DNA of 64,000 nucleotides from a bacterium (GTDB taxonomy: Bacteria; Zhuqueibacterota; QNDG01; DSAB01), in contig JAFGDT010000041.1 in the NCBI GenBank assembly GCA_016931965.1, positions 18,851 through 82,850 of the forward strand, given 5' to 3'. The notes below the pieces were generated by a model. That model did not search any database. It was not told the DNA's origin and saw nothing but the letters and a program-made list of their open reading frames with translations. Every line of letters starts with the position of its first letter. Within the stretch, counting starts at the first letter, position 1. Below are positions 41,005 through 50,620 of this stretch, piece by piece. The translations under genes and the position numbers were made by a program.

Positions 41005-43200
41005 ATGCAGAGATTACTGCTGGTATCCAACCGATTGCCCATTACAATAGAAAAACAAAAAGGGGCCATGCACTTTCACCAGAGTGTCGGTGGACTGGCT
41101 ACCGGTCTCGGTTCCTTCTATAAAAAGTATGACAGCATGTGGATCGGCTGGTGCGGGCTGGCTTCCAACAACCTGGATCACCAGACACGAAGAAACATCG
41201 AATCGGAACTGCTGACCCAGCACCACAGTTATCCCATTTTTCTGTCCAAATACGATATTAAGATGTTTTACGCGAGCTTTTGTAACAAAACACTCTGGCC
41301 TCTTTTCCACTATTTCACGGATTATACGATATTTGACCACGAATCATGGAAAGCCTATCAAAATATCAACAAACTCTTCCTTCACGACATCTTGCGCATT
41401 GCTCGACCGGACGACATTATCTGGATCCACGACTACCATTTGATGCTGCTACCACAAATGATCCGCGAGCATCTACCCCACACACAGATTGGATTTTTCC
41501 TCCACATTCCATTTCCGTCATTCGAAATTTTTCGTTTACTCCCCTGGAGGAAAGAAATCATAGAGGGACTTTTGGGATCTGATCTGATTGGATTTCATAC
41601 TTACGATTATGTCCGCCATTTTTTCAGCAGCGTTCGCCGCTTATTGGGATACGACAACACATTCGGTCAAATTATGGTGAATCATCGCATCGTCAAAGCG
41701 GATGCTTTTCCGATGGGCATTGATTATGACCGCTTTTCCAAAGGAACTTCCGACCCGGACTGGTTAAAAGAAATCAATAAAAGATGTTCGGACTGCAAAA
41801 TTATTCTTTCGGTCGATCGGCTGGACTACACAAAAGGGATCCCAGAAAGGCTGGAGGCATTCGATTATTTTCTTGAAGAATATCCTGAGTACCGGAGTCA
41901 GGTCACATTGATTATGATCGCCACCCCTTCACGGATGGGGGTTGAACAATACCAACATTTAAAACAACGTGTCGACGAACTGGTCGGCCGCATCAACGGC
42001 AAACACGGCACGATCGACTGGACTCCTGTGACCTATCTCTACCGTTCCCTGTCATTTGAAAAAATTGTGACATTGTACAACATTGCCGATGTGGCCATGG
42101 TCACACCGCTCAGAGATGGCATGAATCTGATAGCTAAAGAGTATCTTGCAGCTCGAAAAAACAACAGGGGTGTTTTGGTGCTCAGCGAGATGGCCGGAGC
42201 CAAAAGTGAACTGATCGAGGCCATCATTGTCAATCCACACAACAAACAAGAAATAGCCGAATCATTGAAAGCAGCATTAACCATGGCGGATGAAGAACAG
42301 ATAGAGCGAAATACATTGATGAAAGACCGTTTAAAACGGTACGATATTACAACATGGGCCAATGACTTTATGGGGAGTTTGGCCAGGGTAAGAAATCAAC
42401 AAGAAGAGATTGGAATCAAAATACTCACAAAAAATAAACGGAAAAATCTATTAAAGAAGTATCAGGCTAGCAATAATCGATTAATCTTTTTGGATTATGA
42501 CGGCACGCTTGTTCCCTTTGTCGACAAACCCGAATTGGCTGAACCCGATGAAGAAATTTCGGCTCTGCTTAAAATTTTGAACAAAGATTCAAAAAACGAG
42601 GTAATTCTTGTCAGCGGAAGAGACAGACACACGCTGGACAACTGGTTCGGCCATCTGAAAGTGAGTTTATCGGCTGAACATGGTGTATGGCTGAAAGAGA
42701 AAGGAAGCTCGTGGCATTTGATTGAACCAATTAAAAGTGAATGGAAGGGTGAAATCAAACCCATTCTTGAAGCTTACGTCGATAAAACACCGGGTGCCAG
42801 AATCGAAGAGAAATCATACTCCCTTGTATGGCACTACAGGAGGGTTCACCCGGAACTGGGAACCATCAGAGCCATAGAATTAAAAGAAGACTTATTGCAT
42901 CTCACAGCCAACCTGAATCTGGTGGTGTTGGAAGGCAGCAAAGTCATCGAAATCAAAAATGGAGGAATCAACAAAGGGCGCGCAGCCCTGCACTGGATAC
43001 CCAAGAAAGAGTGGGATTTCATCCTGGCGATAGGTGACGACTGGACGGATGAAGATCTTTTTGAAGCCCTTCCGGAATCGGCCTATTCGATCAAGGTTGG
43101 ATTAACCTTTTCAAAATCTAGATTCTGTTTGACAAACCACCTGGAGGTCAGGGAACTTTTGCAGCAGTTCAGCAGTATTCAAAAACCAGTTCCAAAATAG
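41005..43200 (+). CDS. otsA: Bifunctional trehalose-6-phosphate synthase (GT20) and trehalose-6-phosphate phosphatase (HAD) fusion
   Basis: N-terminal LLLVSNRLPIT... and GFFLHIPFPS GT20 motifs. The C-terminal 250 aa carry the HAD motif LIFLDYDGTL and GDDWTDEDLF. Confidence 0.85.
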   Translation: MQRLLLVSNRLPITIEKQKGAMHFHQSVGGLATGLGSFYKKYDSMWIGWCGLASNNLDHQTRRNIESELLTQHHSYPIFLSKYDIKMFYASFCNKTLWPLFHYFTDYTIFDHESWKAYQNINKLFLHDILRIARPDDIIWIHDYHLMLLPQMIREHLPHTQIGFFLHIPFPSFEIFRLLPWRKEIIEGLLGSDLIGFHTYDYVRHFFSSVRRLLGYDNTFGQIMVNHRIVKADAFPMGIDYDRFSKGTSDPDWLKEINKRCSDCKIILSVDRLDYTKGIPERLEAFDYFLEEYPEYRSQVTLIMIATPSRMGVEQYQHLKQRVDELVGRINGKHGTIDWTPVTYLYRSLSFEKIVTLYNIADVAMVTPLRDGMNLIAKEYLAARKNNRGVLVLSEMAGAKSELIEAIIVNPHNKQEIAESLKAALTMADEEQIERNTLMKDRLKRYDITTWANDFMGSLARVRNQQEEIGIKILTKNKRKNLLKKYQASNNRLIFLDYDGTLVPFVDKPELAEPDEEISALLKILNKDSKNEVILVSGRDRHTLDNWFGHLKVSLSAEHGVWLKEKGSSWHLIEPIKSEWKGEIKPILEAYVDKTPGARIEEKSYSLVWHYRRVHPELGTIRAIELKEDLLHLTANLNLVVLEGSKVIEIKNGGINKGRAALHWIPKKEWDFILAIGDDWTDEDLFEALPESAYSIKVGLTFSKSRFCLTNHLEVRELLQQFSSIQKPVPK

Positions 43201-43238
43201 ATCGATTATCTTGTCATTTTTAAAAAGGAGAATGCATC

Positions 43239-44915
43239 ATGAGAAAATCAATAACCGCGATTTTATCGGTTTCCGTAGTTATGGTACTGGGATGTGGCCA
43301 AAATGCAGAGGAGAACCAATTGAACAACTTTATTGATCAACATGTTGAAAAAGTAAAACCGCTTTACAGAGAGGTCAGTCTCGCCTACTGGCAGGCGGCA
43401 ACAACCGGCAACGATGAAGATTACCAGAGATACAGTGACCTTGACCTCGAGATGCGTCAAATATACAGCAATTCAGAGGATTTCAAATATCTTGATGAAA
43501 CAAAGAAATCTGGAAAAGTCAATGATGCCACACTGGCCCGTGAACTTGACGTATTGTACAACAGTTATCTTGAAAATCAGATCGAACCCGCATTGCTCAA
43601 AGAAATCGTTCAATTGGGATCCGAAGTGGAAAAGAAGTTCAGTACATTTCGGGGCACAATTGAAGGCCAGAAGGTAACAGACAATCAAATTAAGGACATT
43701 TTAAAGAAAGAGACCAACTCAACCAAAAGAAAAGCAGCATGGCTTGCCAGCAAACAGGTCGGACCTGTAGTGGCTGGAGACATCATTGAACTGGTTAAAT
43801 TAAGAAACGAAGCTGCTCAGAAGCTGGGTTTTGAGAATTACCATACACTCTCTCTGACAACCGGTGAACAAAGCAAAGAACAGCTGAATCGGATATTTCA
43901 AGAATTATACGAATTGACCAACGAACCATTTGGACAACTCAAAAATGAGTTGGACAGCATTCTCGCCGAAAAATATGGGATCGAGCCATCCCTTCTGATG
44001 CCCTGGCATTATCACGATCCGTTTTTCCAGGAGACACCCCTTGTCTATGAACTCGATCTGGATCAATACTACTTGGACCAGGATGTAAAAGAACTGGCTT
44101 CCCGTTTCTATACGGGCATCGATTTACCGGTCGAATCGATTCTTGCCGCAAGTGATCTGTACGAGAGGGAAGGGAAAAATCCACACGCATTCTGCATGGA
44201 TGTCGATCGTGAGGGAGATATACGTATATTGTGCAATTTAAAAAATAACGAACAGTGGATGGAAACCATGCTCCATGAGCTGGGGCATGCAGTTTATGAT
44301 AAATATGAAAATCCTGAAACACCCTTTCTGTTGCATCGACCTGCCCACATATTCACAACCGAGGCCATTGCCATGTTTTTTGGACGTCTCAGTCGCGATG
44401 CATCATGGATGCAATCCATGCTGGGACTCTCCGACGATCAACGGTCTGAAATTAATCGGGTAAGTACCAAATATGCCCAGCTCAAACAATTGATATTTGC
44501 CCGTTGGGCCATGGTCATGTATAATTTCGAAAAAGAGCTGTACGCAGATCCCGATCAAGATTTAAATACACTGTGGTGGCAAATGGTTGAGAAATATCAA
44601 TTGATTAATAAACCTTCAGGAAGGAATACGCCAGATTGGGCGGCCAAAATTCATTTCGCCATCGCACCCTGTTACTATCACAATTACCTGCTTGGAGAGC
44701 TGCTTGCCTCACAATTGCACCATTATATGGTTCAGAACCTATTGGACGATGGTTCCGACGAGAACATCAATTATGTGGATCAGAAACAAGTCGGTCAATA
44801 TCTCCGTAAAAATATATTTGAAGCCGGTGCACTTTATACATGGAATGAGATGATCGAACGCGCCACAAAAGAACCCCTCAATCCACAGTATTTTGTGGAA
44901 CAGTTCGTAAAATAG
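43239..44915 (+). CDS. Lipoprotein zinc metallopeptidase, probably M2 (ACE-like dipeptidyl carboxypeptidase) family
   Basis: Lipobox VMVLGC. HELGH followed by TEAIA places a downstream Glu about 24 residues after the HExxH (gluzincin spacing, one residue longer than the ACE HEMGH...EAIGD spacing). An M32 peptidase is an alternative. Confidence 0.45.
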   Translation: MRKSITAILSVSVVMVLGCGQNAEENQLNNFIDQHVEKVKPLYREVSLAYWQAATTGNDEDYQRYSDLDLEMRQIYSNSEDFKYLDETKKSGKVNDATLARELDVLYNSYLENQIEPALLKEIVQLGSEVEKKFSTFRGTIEGQKVTDNQIKDILKKETNSTKRKAAWLASKQVGPVVAGDIIELVKLRNEAAQKLGFENYHTLSLTTGEQSKEQLNRIFQELYELTNEPFGQLKNELDSILAEKYGIEPSLLMPWHYHDPFFQETPLVYELDLDQYYLDQDVKELASRFYTGIDLPVESILAASDLYEREGKNPHAFCMDVDREGDIRILCNLKNNEQWMETMLHELGHAVYDKYENPETPFLLHRPAHIFTTEAIAMFFGRLSRDASWMQSMLGLSDDQRSEINRVSTKYAQLKQLIFARWAMVMYNFEKELYADPDQDLNTLWWQMVEKYQLINKPSGRNTPDWAAKIHFAIAPCYYHNYLLGELLASQLHHYMVQNLLDDGSDENINYVDQKQVGQYLRKNIFEAGALYTWNEMIERATKEPLNPQYFVEQFVK

Positions 44916-44962
44916 GGACAAGAACATTGGAACGAAAATCGCTAAACTGGAGGAAGTAAAAC

Positions 44963-45676
44963 ATGAACAGATTCAGAACATGCATCAGTATTCTGGCAAT
45001 TGTCTTGCTGTCGACATTACATGTGTATGGACAGGCCTCTTTTCAGGCGGGTGGCAACTTTACGCTCGGATTTCCACAAAACGAGTTTAAAAACAATATT
45101 GACAACATTGGATACGGAGGAACAGGATTTTTTGCCTACCGTTTCCCCCAATCCCCCCTGCTCGTAGGTGCTTCGGCATGCTTTTTGGTCTACGGAAGAG
45201 AAACGCGGGAAGAACCCTTCAGCTTAACAATACCCGATGTCTTTGTTGATGTGACCACTACCAACAGCATTATCATGGGTCATCTGTTTCTTCGGTTACA
45301 GCCTCCCCGGGGATCCATACTGCCCTATCTGGATGGCCTGTTTGGATTCAACTACCTTTCGACAAGAACCACAATCGAAAATCAGGCCAACAATGAGGAA
45401 GTGGCCAGTTCAACCAATTTCGACGACATTACGTTCAGTTATGGCGTTGGGGGTGGCCTGATGATTCGTGTGTTCCAGCCCACTCAAGATGATCTGAAAA
45501 AAAATGAACTCCAGGCTGTCTATGTCGATCTGGGAATACGCTACATCAAGAGTGGCGAGGCTGAATACTTGAAAAAGGGATCCATTTTAATTGAGAATGG
45601 AAAAGTCACCTATGATATCAGCAAATCGGCAACGGATCTGGTCACCGGGCACATTGGTGTCGTTTTTACATTTTGA
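44963..45676 (+). CDS. Outer-membrane beta-barrel protein
   Basis: Signal peptide, alternating amphipathic strands and a C-terminal ...GVVFTF ending in Phe. Confidence 0.5.
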   Translation: MNRFRTCISILAIVLLSTLHVYGQASFQAGGNFTLGFPQNEFKNNIDNIGYGGTGFFAYRFPQSPLLVGASACFLVYGRETREEPFSLTIPDVFVDVTTTNSIIMGHLFLRLQPPRGSILPYLDGLFGFNYLSTRTTIENQANNEEVASSTNFDDITFSYGVGGGLMIRVFQPTQDDLKKNELQAVYVDLGIRYIKSGEAEYLKKGSILIENGKVTYDISKSATDLVTGHIGVVFTF

Positions 45677-45700
45677 GACATATCCAACATACCAATGAAA

Positions 45701-45733
45701 AAGGTCTTGCAATAACCGGCAAGACCTTTTTTT
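45701..45733. terminator. Bidirectional intrinsic terminator between two convergent genes
   Basis: AAGGTCTTGC-aataaccg-GCAAGACCTT forms a 10-bp stem. It is flanked by an upstream A-run and a downstream TTTTTTT. Confidence 0.6.
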
Positions 45734-45748
45734 ATGTCCTGTTTCAGA

Positions 45749-46501
45749 TTAATATCCTGTAGGTAAGTCGATAAAAACAGTCTCCAAGTCAAACGCTTCT
45801 TGGATCATTTCACCAACAGCTTGAACACCCAGTGTTTCTGTTGCGTAATGTCCTCCAAAAAGAACATTGATCGCCGCTTCCTTCGCTGTCCAGTACCACT
45901 CATGTTTTGGTTCACCTGTGATATAGGCATCAAATTGGAGGCGAATGGCCTGATCGAGAAAGCTGATGGCTCCCCCGCTGACACAGCCCAGACGAACGAT
46001 CTTATCCGGACCAAAATCCCATAGTGTGGGTTCGCAACCCAGCCCTTTTTGAAATTGATCAACCAGTCTGGACAAGGGAATCGGTTTTTGAAAATGGACC
46101 TCTTTCCCGATCACTGAACCATGATAGGCTCCAAAATCCTTGACAACCGGCCATTCCATCACCTTGCAGATCTGGGCATTATTCCCCAATGTGGGATGAA
46201 GATCCAGCGGAAGGTGCACCGCATAGAGTGCCATATCCGATTCGATCAACAATTTGATTCTTCTGTATAAAAATCCGGACAGAGAAACCGGTTTACCCCA
46301 AAGAAGTCCATGATGAACGAATAGCAGATCGGCTCCCGTGTCTTTTGCCTTCTGGATCGCCTCGAAGGATCCATCAACGGCCAGGGCGACCTTTTTCACA
46401 ACACCCGAATTTTCAACCTGAAGTCCGTTGAGACTGTCATCTTCCACGTCGTTTATTTTTAATAGATCGTCTAAATACTCAACCAATTTGATCGTTTTCA
46501 T
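45749..46501 (-). CDS. Nif3-family dinuclear metal-centre protein (GTP cyclohydrolase 1 type 2 homolog)
   Basis: MKTIKLVEYLDDLLKI...DDSLNGLQVENSG...ADLLFVHHGLLWG. I place the start at the ATG at 46501. Confidence 0.8.
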   Translation of the reverse strand: MKTIKLVEYLDDLLKINDVEDDSLNGLQVENSGVVKKVALAVDGSFEAIQKAKDTGADLLFVHHGLLWGKPVSLSGFLYRRIKLLIESDMALYAVHLPLDLHPTLGNNAQICKVMEWPVVKDFGAYHGSVIGKEVHFQKPIPLSRLVDQFQKGLGCEPTLWDFGPDKIVRLGCVSGGAISFLDQAIRLQFDAYITGEPKHEWYWTAKEAAINVLFGGHYATETLGVQAVGEMIQEAFDLETVFIDLPTGY

Positions 46502-46799
46502 CTGTTTCAACCTCGGCAATTTCAAAAATGACTGTACCCCCTCCTGTGTATTCACATGGATCCAGACATTGAACACGGGCTGGTTGCTCTTTGTCTGGCG
46601 ACAATCCCAGATCCTTTGGATTCACGCCATGACTGAGTGCGACATAATAGGGCAATAGCGAAACCAATCCATGCATACAGACAGCACACGATTTTTGAGT
46701 GTCCAAGATATATCCCTCTCTGAGATAAAATACATCCCCTTGTCGATACACGGGACAATGCCCCTTTATTTCAACAATAACAATTTTTAAATACTTCAT
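46479..46799 (-). CDS. TIGR04076-like small Cys-rich protein
   Basis: EIKGHCPVY..GD.F....Y......CMHGL.SLLPYY.AL..G.....LGL......QCLDPCEYTGGGTVIFEI matches my recollection of that family. It overlaps the Nif3 start by 23 nt. Confidence 0.5.
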   Translation of the reverse strand: MKYLKIVIVEIKGHCPVYRQGDVFYLREGYILDTQKSCAVCMHGLVSLLPYYVALSHGVNPKDLGLSPDKEQPARVQCLDPCEYTGGGTVIFEIAEVETDENDQIG

Positions 46800-46841
46800 T
46801 TTTTACATCGATGAAAGTTGAAGGATGTTCGACAGTTTAAT

Positions 46842-47570
46842 TCAGGGATACCTTATCTCTTCCCCATCTGTAAAGAGAAGACCATATACCCTTTCCCACA
46901 ACTGTTCGGTGAATCGCGCCAGCGTTTCCCGATAAGAACCTTGAATATGGTCTTCAATATGAAGCGGTGGACCAATATCGAGAGAAAGGGTACGATGCGG
47001 CAAAAAGAATCGATGTGTTCCCTTGATGGCGGCGGGAAAAACCGGAATAGATCCATACCCCTCTTCCCGAAGATCATAAACAATCTTGGCAAGCCCTCGC
47101 TTGAATTTCTTCAATTTGCCGACAACGCCGGTGCCCCCCTCAGGGAAAAGACACACCAGTTTTTTCTCTTTTAAACCGGACTCAACCGACTCAAACATAT
47201 CCTTTGGCAATCCGCTTCTTTTAACAGGAATCGCACCGACAGCACGAATGCGATGAGAAATAATCGGGGCCAAATTTCTTGCCAAGAATTCAGCGGGCAC
47301 ACGAAACCAATGGCCCAATTTCTGTATCATATAATCCACACTGTATTCATAGCACCGTTTCGTATCAAAAAGTTCATAAGTTCCCACAAAATGGATTTGC
47401 CTGGGCACAAGAGCACCCAAGAAGAAAACATCTTTCCAGTTCAGATGATTGGGTGCGAGTATCCCTGGTCCACTCCGAGGCAGCCAGTTTAAACCTGACA
47501 CAGCAATGCGCTGGGTTTTCACCACACTGATCGTTCTTCTTTTCCAGACTTCATACGCATTCATACCCAA
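46842..47570 (-). CDS. plsC: 1-acyl-sn-glycerol-3-phosphate acyltransferase (PlsC family)
   Basis: HxxxxD acyltransferase motif NHLNWKD, a downstream FPEGG motif, and a length of 242 aa. Confidence 0.75.
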   Translation of the reverse strand: MGMNAYEVWKRRTISVVKTQRIAVSGLNWLPRSGPGILAPNHLNWKDVFFLGALVPRQIHFVGTYELFDTKRCYEYSVDYMIQKLGHWFRVPAEFLARNLAPIISHRIRAVGAIPVKRSGLPKDMFESVESGLKEKKLVCLFPEGGTGVVGKLKKFKRGLAKIVYDLREEGYGSIPVFPAAIKGTHRFFLPHRTLSLDIGPPLHIEDHIQGSYRETLARFTEQLWERVYGLLFTDGEEIRYP

Positions 47571-48544
47571 TCCTCATCCCTGACTTGATGCAGCCGGTCG
47601 AGAAGCTGTTTCATGTCTTCCGGCAGGTCCGAATCAAAAAAATGTTCCTTCCCGGTGGCAGGATGAACAAAACCCAGCGTTTTTGCATGAAGAGCCTGAC
47701 GTTTCATCATTTGTAACAGTTCCATTCCAAGTGCTGTCTGCTTTTTATTGAGTCCTCCCAATTGCCGTCCCCTGCCCCCATAGGTATGATCACCAAATAC
47801 AGGATGTCCCATGTGCGCAAGATGCACACGGATTTGATGGGTTCTGCCCGTTTCCAAACGAAGAGTAATTAACGAAGTCAGTGGTAATCTCTCCTCCACT
47901 TCAAAATGGGTCACTGCATTCTTTCCTGTTGATGTAACTCCGATTTTTTTTCTGTCTCGAATGCTTCGAGCCAAAAATGTTTCAACAGTCCCGGATGATT
48001 TCCTGACATGTCCCCAGACAATGGCGACATATTGTCGCAAGACTTTTTTATCCCGAAACTGGTTGGCCAACTGCTCATGGACAGTATTGTTTTTCGCTAC
48101 AACCAGCAGCCCCGACGTATCCTTGTCTATGCGATGCACGATTCCTGGGCGGTAGGGATCATTGACACTCGAAAGTTTCAGGCAGTGGACCAGCAACGCA
48201 TTGACCAGTGTTCCACTGGAATGGCCAAAGGCAGGATGAACGACCATTCCTGCCTTTTTATTGATGACAAGAAGATCCCCATCTTCATAAATAATGTCAA
48301 GGGGAATATCTTCCGGAACGACATCCGGAACCCGCTGTTTTGGAAAAACAACAACAATTTTTTCCAATGGCCGAACGACATGATGAGCTTTTACCCTCTT
48401 TCCGTCAACCTGAACAAAACCTTCTTTAATCAGTTTCTGTATCTGACTTCTCGAAATATGGCTGATCTGATTGACTAAAAAAGTGTCCAGTCTCTCTTGT
48501 GTTTTGTGTCCGGGAACGGAAATGATGATGCGTTCTTCTTCCAT
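47561..48544 (-). CDS. rluD: RluA-family 23S rRNA pseudouridine synthase (RluD-like)
   Basis: N-terminal S4 domain (RLDTFL), catalytic motif HRIDKDTSGLLVVAK, and 327 aa. It overlaps the plsC start by 10 nt. Confidence 0.85.
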   Translation of the reverse strand: MEEERIIISVPGHKTQERLDTFLVNQISHISRSQIQKLIKEGFVQVDGKRVKAHHVVRPLEKIVVVFPKQRVPDVVPEDIPLDIIYEDGDLLVINKKAGMVVHPAFGHSSGTLVNALLVHCLKLSSVNDPYRPGIVHRIDKDTSGLLVVAKNNTVHEQLANQFRDKKVLRQYVAIVWGHVRKSSGTVETFLARSIRDRKKIGVTSTGKNAVTHFEVEERLPLTSLITLRLETGRTHQIRVHLAHMGHPVFGDHTYGGRGRQLGGLNKKQTALGMELLQMMKRQALHAKTLGFVHPATGKEHFFDSDLPEDMKQLLDRLHQVRDEDWV

Positions 48545-48588
48545 GGCTCACGATATCGATACGGTGCTGTCTGCCGATATCCCGAATT

Positions 48589-49083
48589 CTATTTTTTCAG
48601 CATGACCTGAAGATCTTCATCAAGAGCCTGCAAATCCTCTTCATGTTCAACTTCATCTTCCAGAATTTGTACAGCTAAATTATAGGTCACCGGATCTTTC
48701 AGCCCGACCTGTTCAATGATGCTGTTATAGACCGTAATCGCACATTGTTCACCTTTGATGTTCTGTTCCAGTATCTTTTTTACAAAAGGGTCATCGGGTG
48801 GGTCATATCCGCAGTTGGTCTGTTCCAGCCATTTTTTCGGTGTGGTTAAGGGCGTGCCGCCGAGCTGGATAATGCGTGTCGAAACCATATCGGCATGCCG
48901 CAGTTCATCAGCCGCATGCTGAATCAGCTCAGCAATGACCGCATCCTTCATCGGCCCGGCAACCACTTTTGCACCCAGCCAGTATTGATAGTAGGCCAGC
49001 CATTCATCCGCAAAAGCCTTATTCAACAGTGTCAGAACTTTGTTGATATCCATACCGACAATTTCGCGACCTTTTGTTCCCAT
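48589..49083 (-). CDS. Ferritin-like protein (bacterioferritin/Dps superfamily)
   Basis: LNKAFADEWLAYYQYWLGA...AELIQHAADELRHADMVSTRIIQLGGTP parallels the bacterioferritin helix A/B di-iron ligand spacing. The start is more likely MDINK at 49053. Confidence 0.5.
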   Translation of the reverse strand: MGTKGREIVGMDINKVLTLLNKAFADEWLAYYQYWLGAKVVAGPMKDAVIAELIQHAADELRHADMVSTRIIQLGGTPLTTPKKWLEQTNCGYDPPDDPFVKKILEQNIKGEQCAITVYNSIIEQVGLKDPVTYNLAVQILEDEVEHEEDLQALDEDLQVMLKK

Positions 49084-49170
49084 CTGTAACTCCTTTCTTT
49101 TAATGTTGATAACATAACACTGAATAATTATGAAAAATAATTACACAATTGTATCAATCCAAATTGAATA

Positions 49171-50118
49171 TTAAGACGACTTCCTCCCTTGTAATTTTTT
49201 CTCCATAATCGGCTTCAATCTGTCCATCAAATCGACTCCAATCAGCTGCCCAAAAAATCGAATCAAAACCCATAGGACAACCAGTGGAACGATGATCGTT
49301 TTAAGAATAAACACCACAATGAGGTCGATAATGTAATCAATATACCCCGAGATGGTGTTTTTCAGATTCTGTATCCTCTCCTCAATATTGGCAGCCATTT
49401 CAATACTATTGAAAAAATTTTTAATCCTCTGGATCAGATTGGGATCGCTTTCGACATCGGGCAGACCGGTTTCATCCTCATCAATCTCCATACTGGCTTC
49501 TTCGAGCGATTGCGCCGCCCTTTCATATTGATCCTCCAGGAAAAGCGAGTCTATCTGACTGGTAGCCAATGCAACGAGTGGAATGCAGAATCGGACCAGT
49601 ATGGCAATCACCATGAGCCTGTATCCAAAACCCGCAAAATTCCATTTGAACAGATTGGACAGCCAGATATCCACCAAAATCGCCAACAACGACAGAGAGA
49701 GCAGAACTTTGAATCCCAGCCAGATCCCGATCGTCATCAGTATCTTCTGTATCCCCAGAGATGTGGTGCTGGCCAGAATCACCCAGGAAAACCGCTCGAT
49801 CAGATCATTGAGGGGATCCAATATTTCACCCACAGCGATGGTGATCCCGACTCCTGCCGGCGATACGGCCACATCGCTGGCCTGTACGACAGAAATAATG
49901 GCATTGATACCGCGAACCACGGCGAAAGTATAGAGTGCGTTTTTCATGGTTTTATCAAAATAGCTATTGGCTTCACTGTCGATTTTGTTGAGAAATGTTT
50001 TTTCAACGAGGAGATGGTTGAGCAGTCCGGTATAGGCCAAAATGCCAACCAGGATAACAATGATACTGATGATGATTTTTTTCAAAAGAGGACGGATCAC
50101 GATATCTCTACTCCTCAA
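49171..50118 (-). CDS. Hypothetical integral membrane protein
   Basis: 315 aa with five or six transmembrane helices and an acidic cytoplasmic loop EEASMEIDEDETG. Confidence 0.45.
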   Translation of the reverse strand: MRSRDIVIRPLLKKIIISIIVILVGILAYTGLLNHLLVEKTFLNKIDSEANSYFDKTMKNALYTFAVVRGINAIISVVQASDVAVSPAGVGITIAVGEILDPLNDLIERFSWVILASTTSLGIQKILMTIGIWLGFKVLLSLSLLAILVDIWLSNLFKWNFAGFGYRLMVIAILVRFCIPLVALATSQIDSLFLEDQYERAAQSLEEASMEIDEDETGLPDVESDPNLIQRIKNFFNSIEMAANIEERIQNLKNTISGYIDYIIDLIVVFILKTIIVPLVVLWVLIRFFGQLIGVDLMDRLKPIMEKKLQGRKSS

Positions 50119-50620
50119 CCGAACGGAATTGTTAAGTATGAATAAATATCTCAGAAAATAATAATAAATTTACAGTTGATATGCAAGCAAAAAGAGGCTA
50201 AAAGCAAACGAAACCTGATAAAAATGTAAACATCAAATGTTCCACAGAAGTTTGATTCTTGTAAATTTTGAATTTTCCCTTGAAATTGATAAAATGATTT
50301 ATTATAATTTGATGATTTCATCCCATTATCCAAACAAAAATCATCGTTGGAAATTGAGTATAAGACTTTTAATAGATGAAACAATAAATACGCAGAAAAA
50401 ATTCTATCCCGAGAAATTCTATTTGCTCCCACGGACAAGGATTGCACATAAAAAAAGCCTTTGGGAGAACATACGGACTACAATTTTAACTCACCAGCCA
50501 GACTATCAAAACGGTACATCCTGATACTGATTACATGCTTTTTACAAAGTAAATATCAACAAGAGATATCAAAAAACATGGTATAAAAGTTCAACAAATG
50601 AGATTTTATAAGGAAGAAAA

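Noticed and set aside
48589-50118. Ferritin-like protein plus adjacent membrane protein as an encapsulin- or iron-storage nanocompartment system
   Set aside because: There is no encapsulin shell gene and no cargo-targeting peptide recognisable at the ferritin-like C-terminus. The adjacency alone is insufficient.
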